This document shows positions 11,329 to 21,685 of a DNA stretch of 64,000 nt, piece after piece. The notes beneath the pieces are model-generated. The model saw only the letters and a program-made list of their open reading frames with translations. It searched no databases and was not told where the DNA came from. Numbering within the stretch: position 1 is the first letter of the stretch; every line of letters begins with the position of its first letter. The position numbers and the translations under genes were made by a program. Origin of the DNA: Nemertoderma westbladi (Eukaryota > Animalia > Xenacoelomorpha); NCBI GenBank assembly GCA_032718475.1, contig JAUCBJ010002615.1, positions 1 to 64,000 on the forward strand. Direction: 5' to 3'.

Positions 11329-12083
11329 TTTCGATTTCGCCTTTAAATTTTATTTATAAGCGTTTTAAAAAGTGTCTTTTGCGAAATCGCACCCTCTGTA
11401 TCATTGCCATTCTTCACTTTAGTCGTAATTTTTTCACATCAATAGAAAGCTTGTGTTGCAAGGATTCCAAATATGTAACAGTATCTGAATTTCGTTATAT
11501 TACTTGATTAGATAGTGGATTCGCACTTTTTCGATTGCAACTATTTTTATATAAGTTAAATTATTGAATTCAAATTAGCATTGATAGTTATCAATAATTC
11601 TAGAACAGATCAGTTGTAGCTAACTCATATTTCAGTTAAATAGCTAACTCAAAATATATTGGCCGACTAATGCAAATTAATACGGACAGTAGCTGCGTTT
11701 ATACTAAAAATAATAATGAAATACACTGAAATACATCAAATAAAGAGATAGCAAGTATAGAATAAGCGCAGTTTTCTAAAACGGCCTGATTTTTCGATGT
11801 TGCTAATATTGCGTTTTAAAATCGCCATAACTCGGCCAATAGTAATTTTTTTGAAGTAAAATTGCTCTCTGGGGTTTTTTCACGTGCTCTTTCACATGAA
11901 ATCAACAAATCAACAAAAACTCTGAAATTTTTTTAAGATACATAGATCTACATAAACATAATAGCCAAGAAAAATATTCACATCTCATTGACACTCTGGC
12001 AAAGTTTGGTCGAAATTGATTGTGGCCTGCTTTAGAAATAGGATTTTCTAATTTTTTCGAAAATATACGTATGGATCATGGTG
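11329..12083 (+). mobile_element. Further fragments of the same element, ending in a second terminus ...GTATGGATCATGGTG
   Basis: 11329-11493 is an inverted copy of 10999-11164. About 11845-11935 is an inverted homologue of ~6925-7000. 12069-12083 reverse-complements to CACCATGATCCATAC, similar to the 7015 terminus CACCATGACCCGTAA. Confidence 0.6.
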
Positions 12084-12421
12084 AGTACTGCACATAATTC
12101 AAATTTTAACATGATTTCTGAACTTTAAGGCTCAAGACGGTCTCAAAAATGTATTTGAATCCTTCATGTAGCTGTTTTGTGAAGTACTGTATGTATCAGA
12201 TAACTGTATATTGCCCGTCTACATGCAGACTGCCATATAACATACAACACACCTTATATGACACAATATCTACCTAGCTGTGACCATTACACAATATCAA
12301 CTGTATGACACATCTCTTTTTCCGTTTTTTTTTTATTATTATTATTTTTTTTTTAATGGGCAGGGCCTTGTCGCAGTTAATTGAGTCAATAGGGCGTGAG
12401 GAGTTTAGATGCGAAGGGCCG

Positions 12422-12684
12422 CGCCAGAAGTGAGGCAATAGCGTAAGGAACAATGTGGTGAGTGAAGCGGGTTAACTATATTGATCAATTACACGAGTAA
12501 GCATAGATATATATATAACGCAAACACAGTCAGAAGAAGTAACAACAACAGATCGGTCATCGGTACGCAACACGTTCTGCTGTACCGGTACTACACAGAC
12601 AGACCTATACTTCTATCTGGTAGTTGGCAGTGCCGTCAGTACCAGGGATGGCAGATAGACGGGCAGGGCCTAAACCGGCTGGCG
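12422..12684 (-). repeat. 3' LTR
   Basis: CGCCAG...CTGGCG; one visible mismatch to 18316-18578 (aagtAacaac vs aagtCacaac). On the minus strand it is preceded by purine-rich AGAGGTAAAAAGACAAAAGAAA. Confidence 0.93.
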
Positions 12685-12912
12685 CAATTTCTTTTGTCTT
12701 TTTACCTCTGGGTATTTCTCCTGTTCGGTATACAACACAAACTATCGGTTTGTAACGAATATTACGTAATTAGGAAAGGACACGTACTTAACAAACGAAA
12801 ACAAATTCAAAAATATAAACGAAGCAATTAAACTAGCGTAAATAATATGTAAGCGCATAACTAAGATAGATAGATAGGGAGTTATGAGACTGCTAACAAA
12901 AACTTTAGTAAC

Positions 12913-13000
12913 AAAAAAAAAACAGTTGGCTTTCCTAAGGATCGAACTCGAGACCGACAGGTTGCGGTTCGGGCGCTCTGCCACCTGAGCTACAGGGGTT
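12913..13000 (-). ncRNA. tRNA-like Pol III cassette inside the element's 3' non-coding region
   Basis: A box TAGCTCAGGTGG (12992-12981), B box GAGTTCGATCC (12949-12939) and a T10 run (12922-12913). The acceptor stem does not pair, so it is not a functional tRNA. Confidence 0.5.
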
Positions 13001-13300
13001 ATTAAGGTCAACTAAATCAGTAGTAAATTTTACATGGTAAAATATCACTCAAAAATGATTGCGCTAAAAATATAAATTTGAGTTTATGACAACACCTAAA
13101 GCATGACCAAAACTATGGTGGGGTACAACGAAACAACCTAATGGTAGGGCGAAAGCTAGTTTAGAATTGGGAGTCCATTATAAGTCGGGTAGGACGTATG
13201 TAAGTAGAACAAATTCAGAACTGTGAATGGAACTGGAGACAGGCTGCGTTGGGGCGAGTCATGTGACAAGGTGCAACTGTCCGGGAACGTGGGAGGTGCG

Positions 13301-16300
13301 TCAGGGAAACCCGTAGTATTGCGGAGGGCGGCGTTCTCTACGAGGACGGGTGTTGGGTGGGTCAGATGAAGAAGCACTGTGCAATGGCTGCTCAGGGACG
13401 TCGTCTAACTGTGGGGTGGACTCTAGGGCTGGTTGGAACGCGACAGGGGGTGCCACGCCGGGTGTAGCATGAGCGTGGAGTGTGGAACACTCATCAGTCT
13501 CGGAATCAGAATCCTCAGTGTATGACGTGGATGGCGGTTGGAGACGAGGTACAAGGAAACAATTGGCCTGGCGGACGCGGTATGCGTGAGCGCGGAGCTG
13601 GCTGCCCGCGAATTTACGAACGGAACACCACGTGTCATCGATAGCGCTGATGATATATCGTGGACGAGCGCCGGCACGGGGGGAATCGGCATATAAATGG
13701 ACGAGGTCGCCCACCTTGAGGGAGGTAAATCCTGGGAGTACCATAGGGTGGGGGGTCTTAGAGCGGGCGCTGGAGGTGTGGTTGGCTAGGCGTCGCTCAT
13801 GTTGGGAGGCTATGAGCTCGGTATCGACGAGAGGAATCTGTTCGCCCGTGTATTGGTCCCGCTGGAATAAAATCTCGCGGGCGGATAGGCCAGGGGAGCG
13901 TAGACGAGAGTTAAGGTTTGCAACAGCGATTGCGAGAGATGTGGATGAGAATGGGCCGCCAGTGGGACGGAGTCGGAGGAGTTCGGTGAGTAGTTCGCCG
14001 ATAGCGTGTTCGGCGACTGGGTTTTTGTTTACATTCTTGCGGGATCCGATCTCAAGGAGGAGGTGGTGGGATAGGAGGATTGGGTCGTTGGCGAGGGCTT
14101 GGAACCCTGGGGCTGGGTCGGTGCGGATGATAGCCGGGGGGCCACTAAGGGGGCACATGCCAAAGGCAAGGGTGATTAAGGCATCACGTAGGGTATCGCT
14201 CTGTTCATCCGGAAGTATAACGGCATTTGAGTACGACGATACCGTTTCCCGTAACAGGAGGATACGTTGGGAATGGCGGCGCAGGACGTCGGCAGCGAAT
14301 GATAGGCCGACAATGGGGGGCGGATCAATGGATGACTGGGGTACAGTACGCTTGGCGGCCATTGAGAGGGCGACGCACTGGTGACATTGCACGGTAATCT
14401 CATTGAGAGCGCGGTCGAGGTCCAGGGCGTAGAAATATCGGGAAAAGGTGGTACGCAGCTGGGAACGCGAAGGGTGTTGGAGTTCGATGATTAGTGAGGT
14501 TAGTAAACCAATAAGAGCAGAGCGGGGAACGACGATGATGTCATAGGGTGATGTGAAGGGACGCTGTCGATGGACTACGACAAGGCCAGAGGATAACAGA
14601 GAACATACGCCCAGGTAACGCTTGATATCATGGCTATGTGTATCGCGTCTGGAGGGACGGGTGCCGGATGCGAGGTTTTCGGCGACACGGATTAGGTCGG
14701 GGCACTTGCGTTGTGTGGTGAGCCACGCAGGACGACTGGCGTAAAGGGGACGGGGATTCGGGCTATCGGAAGCGATAAAGCAATTCGGGAGGGGGGTAGT
14801 GACAGTGTTAACGAGGGACATTGGGGAATGGTTGTCGTGTGGTAAGGAGGAGGGGGTGGTTGACTTTGCAACGAGACGGACAATAGGCGACTCTATAGCG
14901 GAGGCGACGAACGCGCACACCTGGCATGACTGTAGAGAGCACGGCTGAACGTTGCGGCTTTGGAAGTCTGCCGGGAGGTTGGTAGAACCCTTGATGTGGG
15001 ATACTGTGACACGGGCCTGGCTGGCGCTGGCGAGGAACGTCGATAGACGTGGGCTATTCGAATATGCGCCGCGGGACAACTTTTTGAATGCCTCGACACA
15101 GGGTTTACTGTCCGTGAGAACGTGTGGTTGGCGTGAAGAGGCGATAAGATATGGGAGGAAATGTTGAACGGAGGCCGCTATAGCGAGTGCCTCCAACTCG
15201 CAAGGAAGCCATGTATGTTGGTGGGCCTTGAGCTTGCAGGAATAAAACCCGGCGATGAGTAATTCTTTGGAACGTTTCGCGTAGAGGACTGCACCTAGAC
15301 CATCGACGGACGAGGCGGCGTCGGTGACAAGGAAGAGTTCGTCAGTAGGACGCGGGATCGTTACTGACCTGCAGGATTGTAGGGCGGCTTGGGATCGTCG
15401 AAATGTAGACTCGAGATCGGGGGTCCAAGCGACAGGGTCGCCGGCCTTTGTTGGTGAGGAGGGCCTCGAGCGGAGAGATAAGGGCAGAACATCGGGGGAG
15501 TACGCGGGAGAGAACCTTGTAGGAACCGAGGAACGACCGTAGGTCGCGGACGGTGGATGGTGTAGGACAGTGGGATAAGGCGGCTGTGATATGTGGGGAA
15601 GCAGATAAGGAACCGCTAGACCATACCCAACCAAGGATGGTGGTAGTTTGGGGGCAAATGATGGTTTTCTTTGGGGACAAACGCAACCCGGCAAGGTGTA
15701 GGGCGCGGAGGAGGGCGGCGAAATTGAGGAGGAGTTCGGGGATGGTATCGCCACCGCAGTAGATATCATCGGCGAGTTTGACGACGGATCCCTGGACGAG
15801 GAGATCGCCGAGGACGCGAGACATCAACTCCTCGAGAGCCGTTTCGCTGCCGGGCATGCCCATGGCACAGCGGCGGTAGACACGGACACCACGAAATGGT
15901 GTGGATACGCCGCAGAAACGCATGGAGTTGCGATGGAGTGGGATTTGGTAAAAGGCGCTCGTGAGGTCTGCCTTAACGAGGAACTTGAACCGACCCAGGG
16001 CTCGAATGGTGGATTCAACATCTGGGAGGAGTGCGGGTTGGGGCTTACAATACTGGGCAATCTCGCCGTAACGAGCCGAGTTCCTCCATTGGGTTTATCG
16101 ACAAGGAAGCTTGGGTTCAAGTACTCTATGGTGACACCGGCTAGTTCTGGGCGAATGAAGACGCCAAGCCGCTCGAGAGAGTCAAACTTCTCCTGCAGTT
16201 CAACGAGTCGGTCACGGGAGTATTGCGGTACATGACCCTTACGTTGAGGTGGCAACGTAGGGGTCACGTTGACGACAGCTTCGAATGGGCCGGCAGACCC

Positions 16301-18205
16301 ATTGTATCCGGGATACGTGGGATCGAAGACGTCAGAAAACTCCTCGAGTAGATCGTGGAAGGCAGCACGCTCACGGTAAGAGAGGATGCCCTGTGGGTCG
16401 ATCTGGACTGCCTTTATAGGTGGAGGGTCATGGGAGACAACGGAAGCAGAGCGGATTTCGGGACAGGGTAAGGACTGTTCAAGTTGTTTCATGGGGGTAG
16501 CTGCAGTGGGTAGGGCGGAGCAGACATGGGAGTTCCGTTGAATGAAGATGGGGTAGGGAGCAGAGTTTGGAATGGTAATGGAACCGGCTGCGGGTTGGAG
16601 CTGCATGGGGGGGAACCACGGCTTGGGGGGAGTTACGTGCGACCGTTGGTTAATCACATGGGGTGTCACAAGGAGAGAGTCGGAATCCGAGAGATGGGCT
16701 GGAAGCTGTAATGTGAGGGCGTCGCCGGGGAGAAGAATGGACGATCGTATGGGGGCGCGCAGAATCTGGGTCGTCGTCCGACGGATAGTGGGTCGGGGAT
16801 GACCTGCCGGGGGGTACCGGATGGAACTGCCATCCGCGAAGGTAATCAGCGACTGGGCCGGACGGATACCAATATCATTGGTGGATAGGAACGGAACGCC
16901 AGCGAGTAGGGGAACGTTGAGGCTGTCGACAACGAGTCCACGGAAGCTAAACTGAAGGTCGTTATGGGTGAGGGAGAAGGAACTCTCCCCAACTACACCT
17001 GAAACAGGGGAACCGTCGGCCCCGATCGGGATCTGGCGGGACCCACGCGAGATCGGAACGCCGAGTCGGAGTGCAGCGTCGTGTGAAATGAGGTCGGATT
17101 CGGCGCCGCAATCGAGGAGAACCTGGATGGGTTTACCTTTATAACGCGCTGTAAAGGTGGGACTCGGGCGTACAGCGACGATATTAACCGTCGGATCGGG
17201 AGGTGGACTGGCAACAGAGTCGTTATCGTTATCCAGTTGTTCATAGAAAGCGTCGTTGTCGTTGTCGCCATCGACGTAGACGAGATGGGCACGTGAGATA
17301 AAGCGCTTGTCAGCAGGGGGAAGGAATGGGCATGCACTGAGAAAGTGGTTGGTGGGAGTGCGTTTAGTCTGGGAGCAGAGGGGACACCGGCGAACGGAAC
17401 GGGAAAGTCCGCGGCCTGTGGGACTCGGACCGAGACCTGAGGATGTAGGTGGGGTCCGACGCGTCTGGGCACGGAAGGTACGCACTTCCGTGGCAGTGTG
17501 GAGCTCGTTGAGAAGAGACGACAGAGCCTGGGAGATCTCGGGTTTGATACTGGCCAGCGTACGGGACCGGAGCTCCGCGCCATACCGTTGTTGAACCAAT
17601 CGAGGGAGATCCGGGTGGATAAGGCGGAGCCATATGAGTACAACGAAGTTCTCGAGAGAGGGGGACAGCTCCTCGTCGTCATCGGGGAGAATTCCGTGGT
17701 GGGAAATTCCACCGTCCCGTCGGAGTAAATTATCGTCCACGAAAGCCGATAAACGCTGGAAGAGGTCTTCGGGGCGCTCCTCGTGAAGGAGGGAGATATC
17801 GGAGAAGGAGAGGAAATGAGCTCCAGTCGCTTGGAAGCCGTAATGGAGGCGTATGGCCTGCCATATGGAGGGCAAGGACGTGGAGTCTCGAATGATCGAG
17901 TTACGTGCGATAACGGGGGCGTAATTGGCGATCTGACCGAGCATAAGATCTAGAGCCGTGGTCTTTTGAAGGGCAGTACGGCGGTCGGCTGGGACCACAG
18001 TGTCCGGGTCGTCGGCAAAACCGCGGAAGGGTATAGCGCGGGTGTGGCGCAACCAGGTTGTGCCCGGGACCGTAAACTGCGCAAATTGAGGTTGGAGCGC
18101 AAGCGAATAAGTTATGTTGTGGCGCCAAACCTCAAAGGAGTTGATCGTCTCAGATTTATTGAGTGGAGCCAGCTTGGGGGGCTTCAGTGAGCCGTTAAAC
18201 GCCAT
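13301..18205 (-). pseudogene. Gag-Pol polyprotein of the Troyka element, broken by two frameshifts (~16065 and ~15450)
   Basis: ATG at 18205 (MAFNGSLKPP). Zn knuckle CPLC..H....C; protease LLDCGA; RT DLTSAFYQIPL, MGMPGSE, KLADDIY; RNase H VTDAA, ELEALAI, TDSKP, ADFQSR; integrase H..CHQC, FAADV, IRTDPAPGF, NPVAE. Confidence 0.9.
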
Positions 18206-18299
18206 GATAACGGTAAGTAGGTAGCGTAAGTCTGTGACGTAAGGAGGGCTGAGTGGATGGATCTGTTGTTGTAGTAGATGGCGAGGAGTGGGAAACGAA

Positions 18300-18315
18300 G
18301 CACACGGTGACACCA
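18300..18315 (-). promoter_or_regulatory. Primer-binding site TGGTGTCACCGTGTGC
   Basis: Starts with TGG immediately after the 5' LTR. The first 8 nt equal the tRNA-Leu-type PBS start (TGGTGTCA); the primer cannot be assigned from this alone. Confidence 0.7.
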
Positions 18316-18578
18316 CGCCAGAAGTGAGGCAATAGCGTAAGGAACAATGTGGTGAGTGAAGCGGGTTAACTATATTGATCAATTACACGAGTAAGCATAG
18401 ATATATATATAACGCAAACACAGTCAGAAGAAGTCACAACAACAGATCGGTCATCGGTACGCAACACGTTCTGCTGTACCGGTACTACACAGACAGACCT
18501 ATACTTCTATCTGGTAGTTGGCAGTGCCGTCAGTACCAGGGATGGCAGATAGACGGGCAGGGCCTAAACCGGCTGGCG
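18316..18578 (-). repeat. 5' LTR
   Basis: Direct repeat of 12422-12684 at an offset of 5894 bp. Confidence 0.93.
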
Positions 18579-19398
18579 CCGAGTCATTGAGTTAATTGAG
18601 TCAATAGGACGTGAGGAGTTCAGGATTTTTCATCCATGAAGAATTGTCGTTGTCTGCAAACCCTGTTGGAGTGGCGAAGTCTTTGCTCCGGCAACGTTGA
18701 TGTACTACTACAGTAGGTTTGGTGGCTGCCGTTGACTTACGTGTGGGTGTGGATAGTCCATCTGGTGTCCGTGGGCCGATAGATGTGGATGGCTGTTGCA
18801 TTTTAGGTGTTGCTAGGTTGTTGTTAAATGTTAACTATACCTTGAGATCTCGTATGGGTTGGAATATATATTGGTATAGGTGTTGGCTACTGGTGGCTGC
18901 AACGGTATTGGTATCACAGGTATTTATTGGTGGGTGTCGTAAGAGAGCTAGCTGGATTGCATGTGTTACAAGCGTATCAGCCGGTCTCATGGGTGGAACC
19001 AGATTTGGTGTATGTGCGTTACAGCCTGAGGTCGAATTAAGCATCAATTACGTCGTAATTTCTTGCCATTTGGGGAACTAAATGATATAATAGCGGTTTG
19101 GTTGAGTGTTAACTATGGTGCCATCATGACACCAATGCTTAGTAATAGCATCTTGCACCCAAACTCGTGTACCACTAGCAGTTTGTTTAGTGGTTTGGAA
19201 TGAGTGTTGTATTGATCTTGGCGTATTTCTTTCCTGTGATTGGATGTAGCTTGGCGCTCGATACGATTATTGAAGTCAATAGCGGAAGCAAGCTCATGTC
19301 TTGGAAGGAGTTCCCGGAGGCGTGACCCCATAAGTTTGTCCGATGGAGCCACACCACCATCGCTGTTGGAATTCCGTAACGCAATTAAACCCTGGGTA

Positions 19399-19973
19399 TG
19401 TTAGCGTATTCAATTCCGCTAACCAGGCCCACACAGAGTTGGCTTTAAGCAATATTGGGAGCACGAGGTTGATTACCAATCAACCTCGTGTCACCCCAAT
19501 AAACGGGGACAACAGGCCCCAAGGGAACACACAGCGGGGGTCAGAGGTTACACCTCCGGGAGGGAGAGAGTGATAGCAGCAGGGGGAAACACTCCCAGAG
19601 AGATGGGAGGGTGAGAAGTGAGTTATTAGCCAATGGGGGGAAGGCATCCACTGAGTAATGTAACGCGGCCAACCAGTGCTATATATATTACCAGTTGTTG
19701 TGCCAATTCATTCACTTTAGTAAGTCAGTTAGTTAGGGCAGTACCGGAACTCTAATCACCATCTCCGTCTACTGTCAACAATATTCAGCCATTTTACCGG
19801 TACACTCTATCATCATCAACCAACTGTGCTATATACTGTGCTGTATTATATTATACCCTTATATCTATATACACCGATCAATCAACAACCCAGAACTCTT
19901 TTCACACACACACACACGGCAGGGACGCGTAGATTAGACACCGGATAAATCGGGATTTTCGGATCCCGTCACA
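19399..19973 (+). mobile_element. Solo LTR (575 bp) inserted in the old Gypsy integrase
   Basis: TG..CA termini; 5-bp TSD GGGTA at 19394-19398 and 19974-19978; internal TATA-like box at ~19680. Removing it rejoins the integrase peptide ESFT|QGLIALRN. Confidence 0.88.
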
Positions 19974-20113
19974 GGGTAAATGATTCTTTATTCAATCACA
20001 GTGTTGCGGCTAGGATCCCAGCAAGCACGAATAAGTTTTTTTGCAGGTTTTAACATTATTTTCCGCCAACCCATTGGTTCTTGGCATCCTTGGTGAAGTA
20101 ACTTCCTGTTTAA

Positions 20114-21685
20114 CCCTATTAGTACCGGGCTATAAAATGTTGTACAAATACCGGGGGGGGGGGGGTCATATTGACCCCTCCCTCGAAAATCTACAAATAT
20201 TTACGAAAACATCTGATTTTTTTGTTTGTACGTAGGTATCACTTGTCTGGATCCGACCGAAAAAAAAAAATTTCGAAAAAATGTACTGGGGTGGTTATAT
20301 TGCAGCACCAAAATTACAAGTAGTGCACAATTTTCACAAAATTTGAAAGTTACATTTCCGGCTAATTATTTTTCAATACAGGTTTTCTGGGGTGCAAAAT
20401 ACATTGGAAAATATTTAAAAATGATATGATTACTATAAATGGCTGTTTACTCCTCTCTGCGTAGGAAAAAAATGAAAAAAACAAGTAACCAGCACTTTTC
20501 AGTTAGAACACAAAAATTTTTAATTCACTTATACGATGCTATAGATTCACATTTTCAGGTTTTCGAGGGCGCTGATTCTAATGGAATACATTTCTAATAT
20601 GGCAGATCATTGCTACTTGTATTTTTCGGCATAATTTGACACATTTTGGTGCTAGCACCAAATTTTGTACCCATCACCAAAAAGTAAAAGTTGGCGATGT
20701 CCAGTGCTGTTTTTATTGATTCCATCGGATTCAGGACCCTCATAAACCCGTATAACGCAAGAAACAAGGTGATACTATCTACTTATCAATTTGCATATTT
20801 TCCAAAATTTGGTGCTGGCACAACAATTTACACCCACCGGCGATAAATACAAGTTTGAGAAATCTTATGAAATTTTTACTGATTCCATTGAATTCAGAAC
20901 CATCACAAACCCGTATAACTCAAGAAACAAGGTGACACAATCAATTGATATATTTGATGGTTTTCAAAATTTGGTGCTAGCACCACATTTTGCACCCACA
21001 TCCGAAAAATACAAGTTTGAGATGTCTAGTTCGATAATTATATTTTCCATTGAATTCAGAACAGCCATAAACCTCTAAAATGCAAGAAATAAATTGTCAC
21101 AAGCAATTTTATCTATTGAATGGATTTTCAAAATTTCGTGCTAGCACCAAAATTTGCACACAGCACCGAAAAATACAAGTTTGATACGCTTGGTGCAACT
21201 CGTATATATTTCATCGATTCCAGAACCCCGAAAAACCCCAATTGCGTAAAAAACAAGTTTCAAACAATCAATTTACAAAATTGACTTATTTCAAAATTTG
21301 GTGCTGGCACCAAAATTTGGCACCCACCGAAAAAAACAAGTTTGAAATTTCTAAATCAATTTATATGAATTCCATCCAATTTCTAACACCAAAAAACCGA
21401 TGTAAATCAAAAATAGAGATGTTACAATTCATATTTAATGAAATGTAATTTTCAAAAAACGTCTCAAAAAAGTGCCAAAAGTAGGGTTAAAAAATGGTGC
21501 TATAACTCGAAAAGTACCCAATATTTTTGAAAACGGTTTTCACTACTAGGAAGATAATAGATTTTTAGGAAAAGTCATAAAATTTCAGATTCCCAACTGC
21601 GTTTGTTTCAGAATTATAATAAAAAAACCACGAGGGGGGGGTCATATTGAACCCCCCCCCCCCCCCCCCCCCGGGTTTAATAGGG
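20114..21685. mobile_element. piggyBac-type non-autonomous element (MITE), 1572 bp
   Basis: TTAA TSD at 20110-20113 and 21686-21689; termini CCCTATTA..TAATAGGG; subterminal GGGGGGTCATATTGA(A)CCCC motif near both ends; no transposase ORF. Removing it rejoins RYDI|KQEVTSPR. Confidence 0.9.
20640..21420. repeat. Five diverged ~162-bp tandem units inside the MITE
   Basis: The palindromic core AAATTTGGTGCT(A/G)GCACCAAAATTT recurs near 20645, 20806, 20968, 21131 and 21295. Confidence 0.8.

Larger units (their letters stand above)
12422..18578 (-). mobile_element. Full-length Troyka-type (Gypsy-like) LTR retrotransposon, 6157 bp
   Basis: Two 263-bp LTRs with CG..CG termini, 3-bp TSD CCG (12419-12421 and 18579-18581), PBS, polypurine tract, and gag-PR-RT-RH-IN gene order. 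Confidence 0.88.

Noticed and set aside
12930-13000. Functional tRNA genes here and at 6497-6570
   Set aside because: A and B boxes are present, but the acceptor and anticodon stems do not form a canonical cloverleaf.
13632-17728. Antisense ORFs (up to 250 aa) over the retroelement
   Set aside because: Expected by chance in GC-rich coding DNA; no recognisable domains.
18206-18382. N-terminal extension of the 852-aa ORF
   Set aside because: It starts at a non-ATG codon inside the 5' LTR and crosses the PBS; the likely start is the ATG at 18205.
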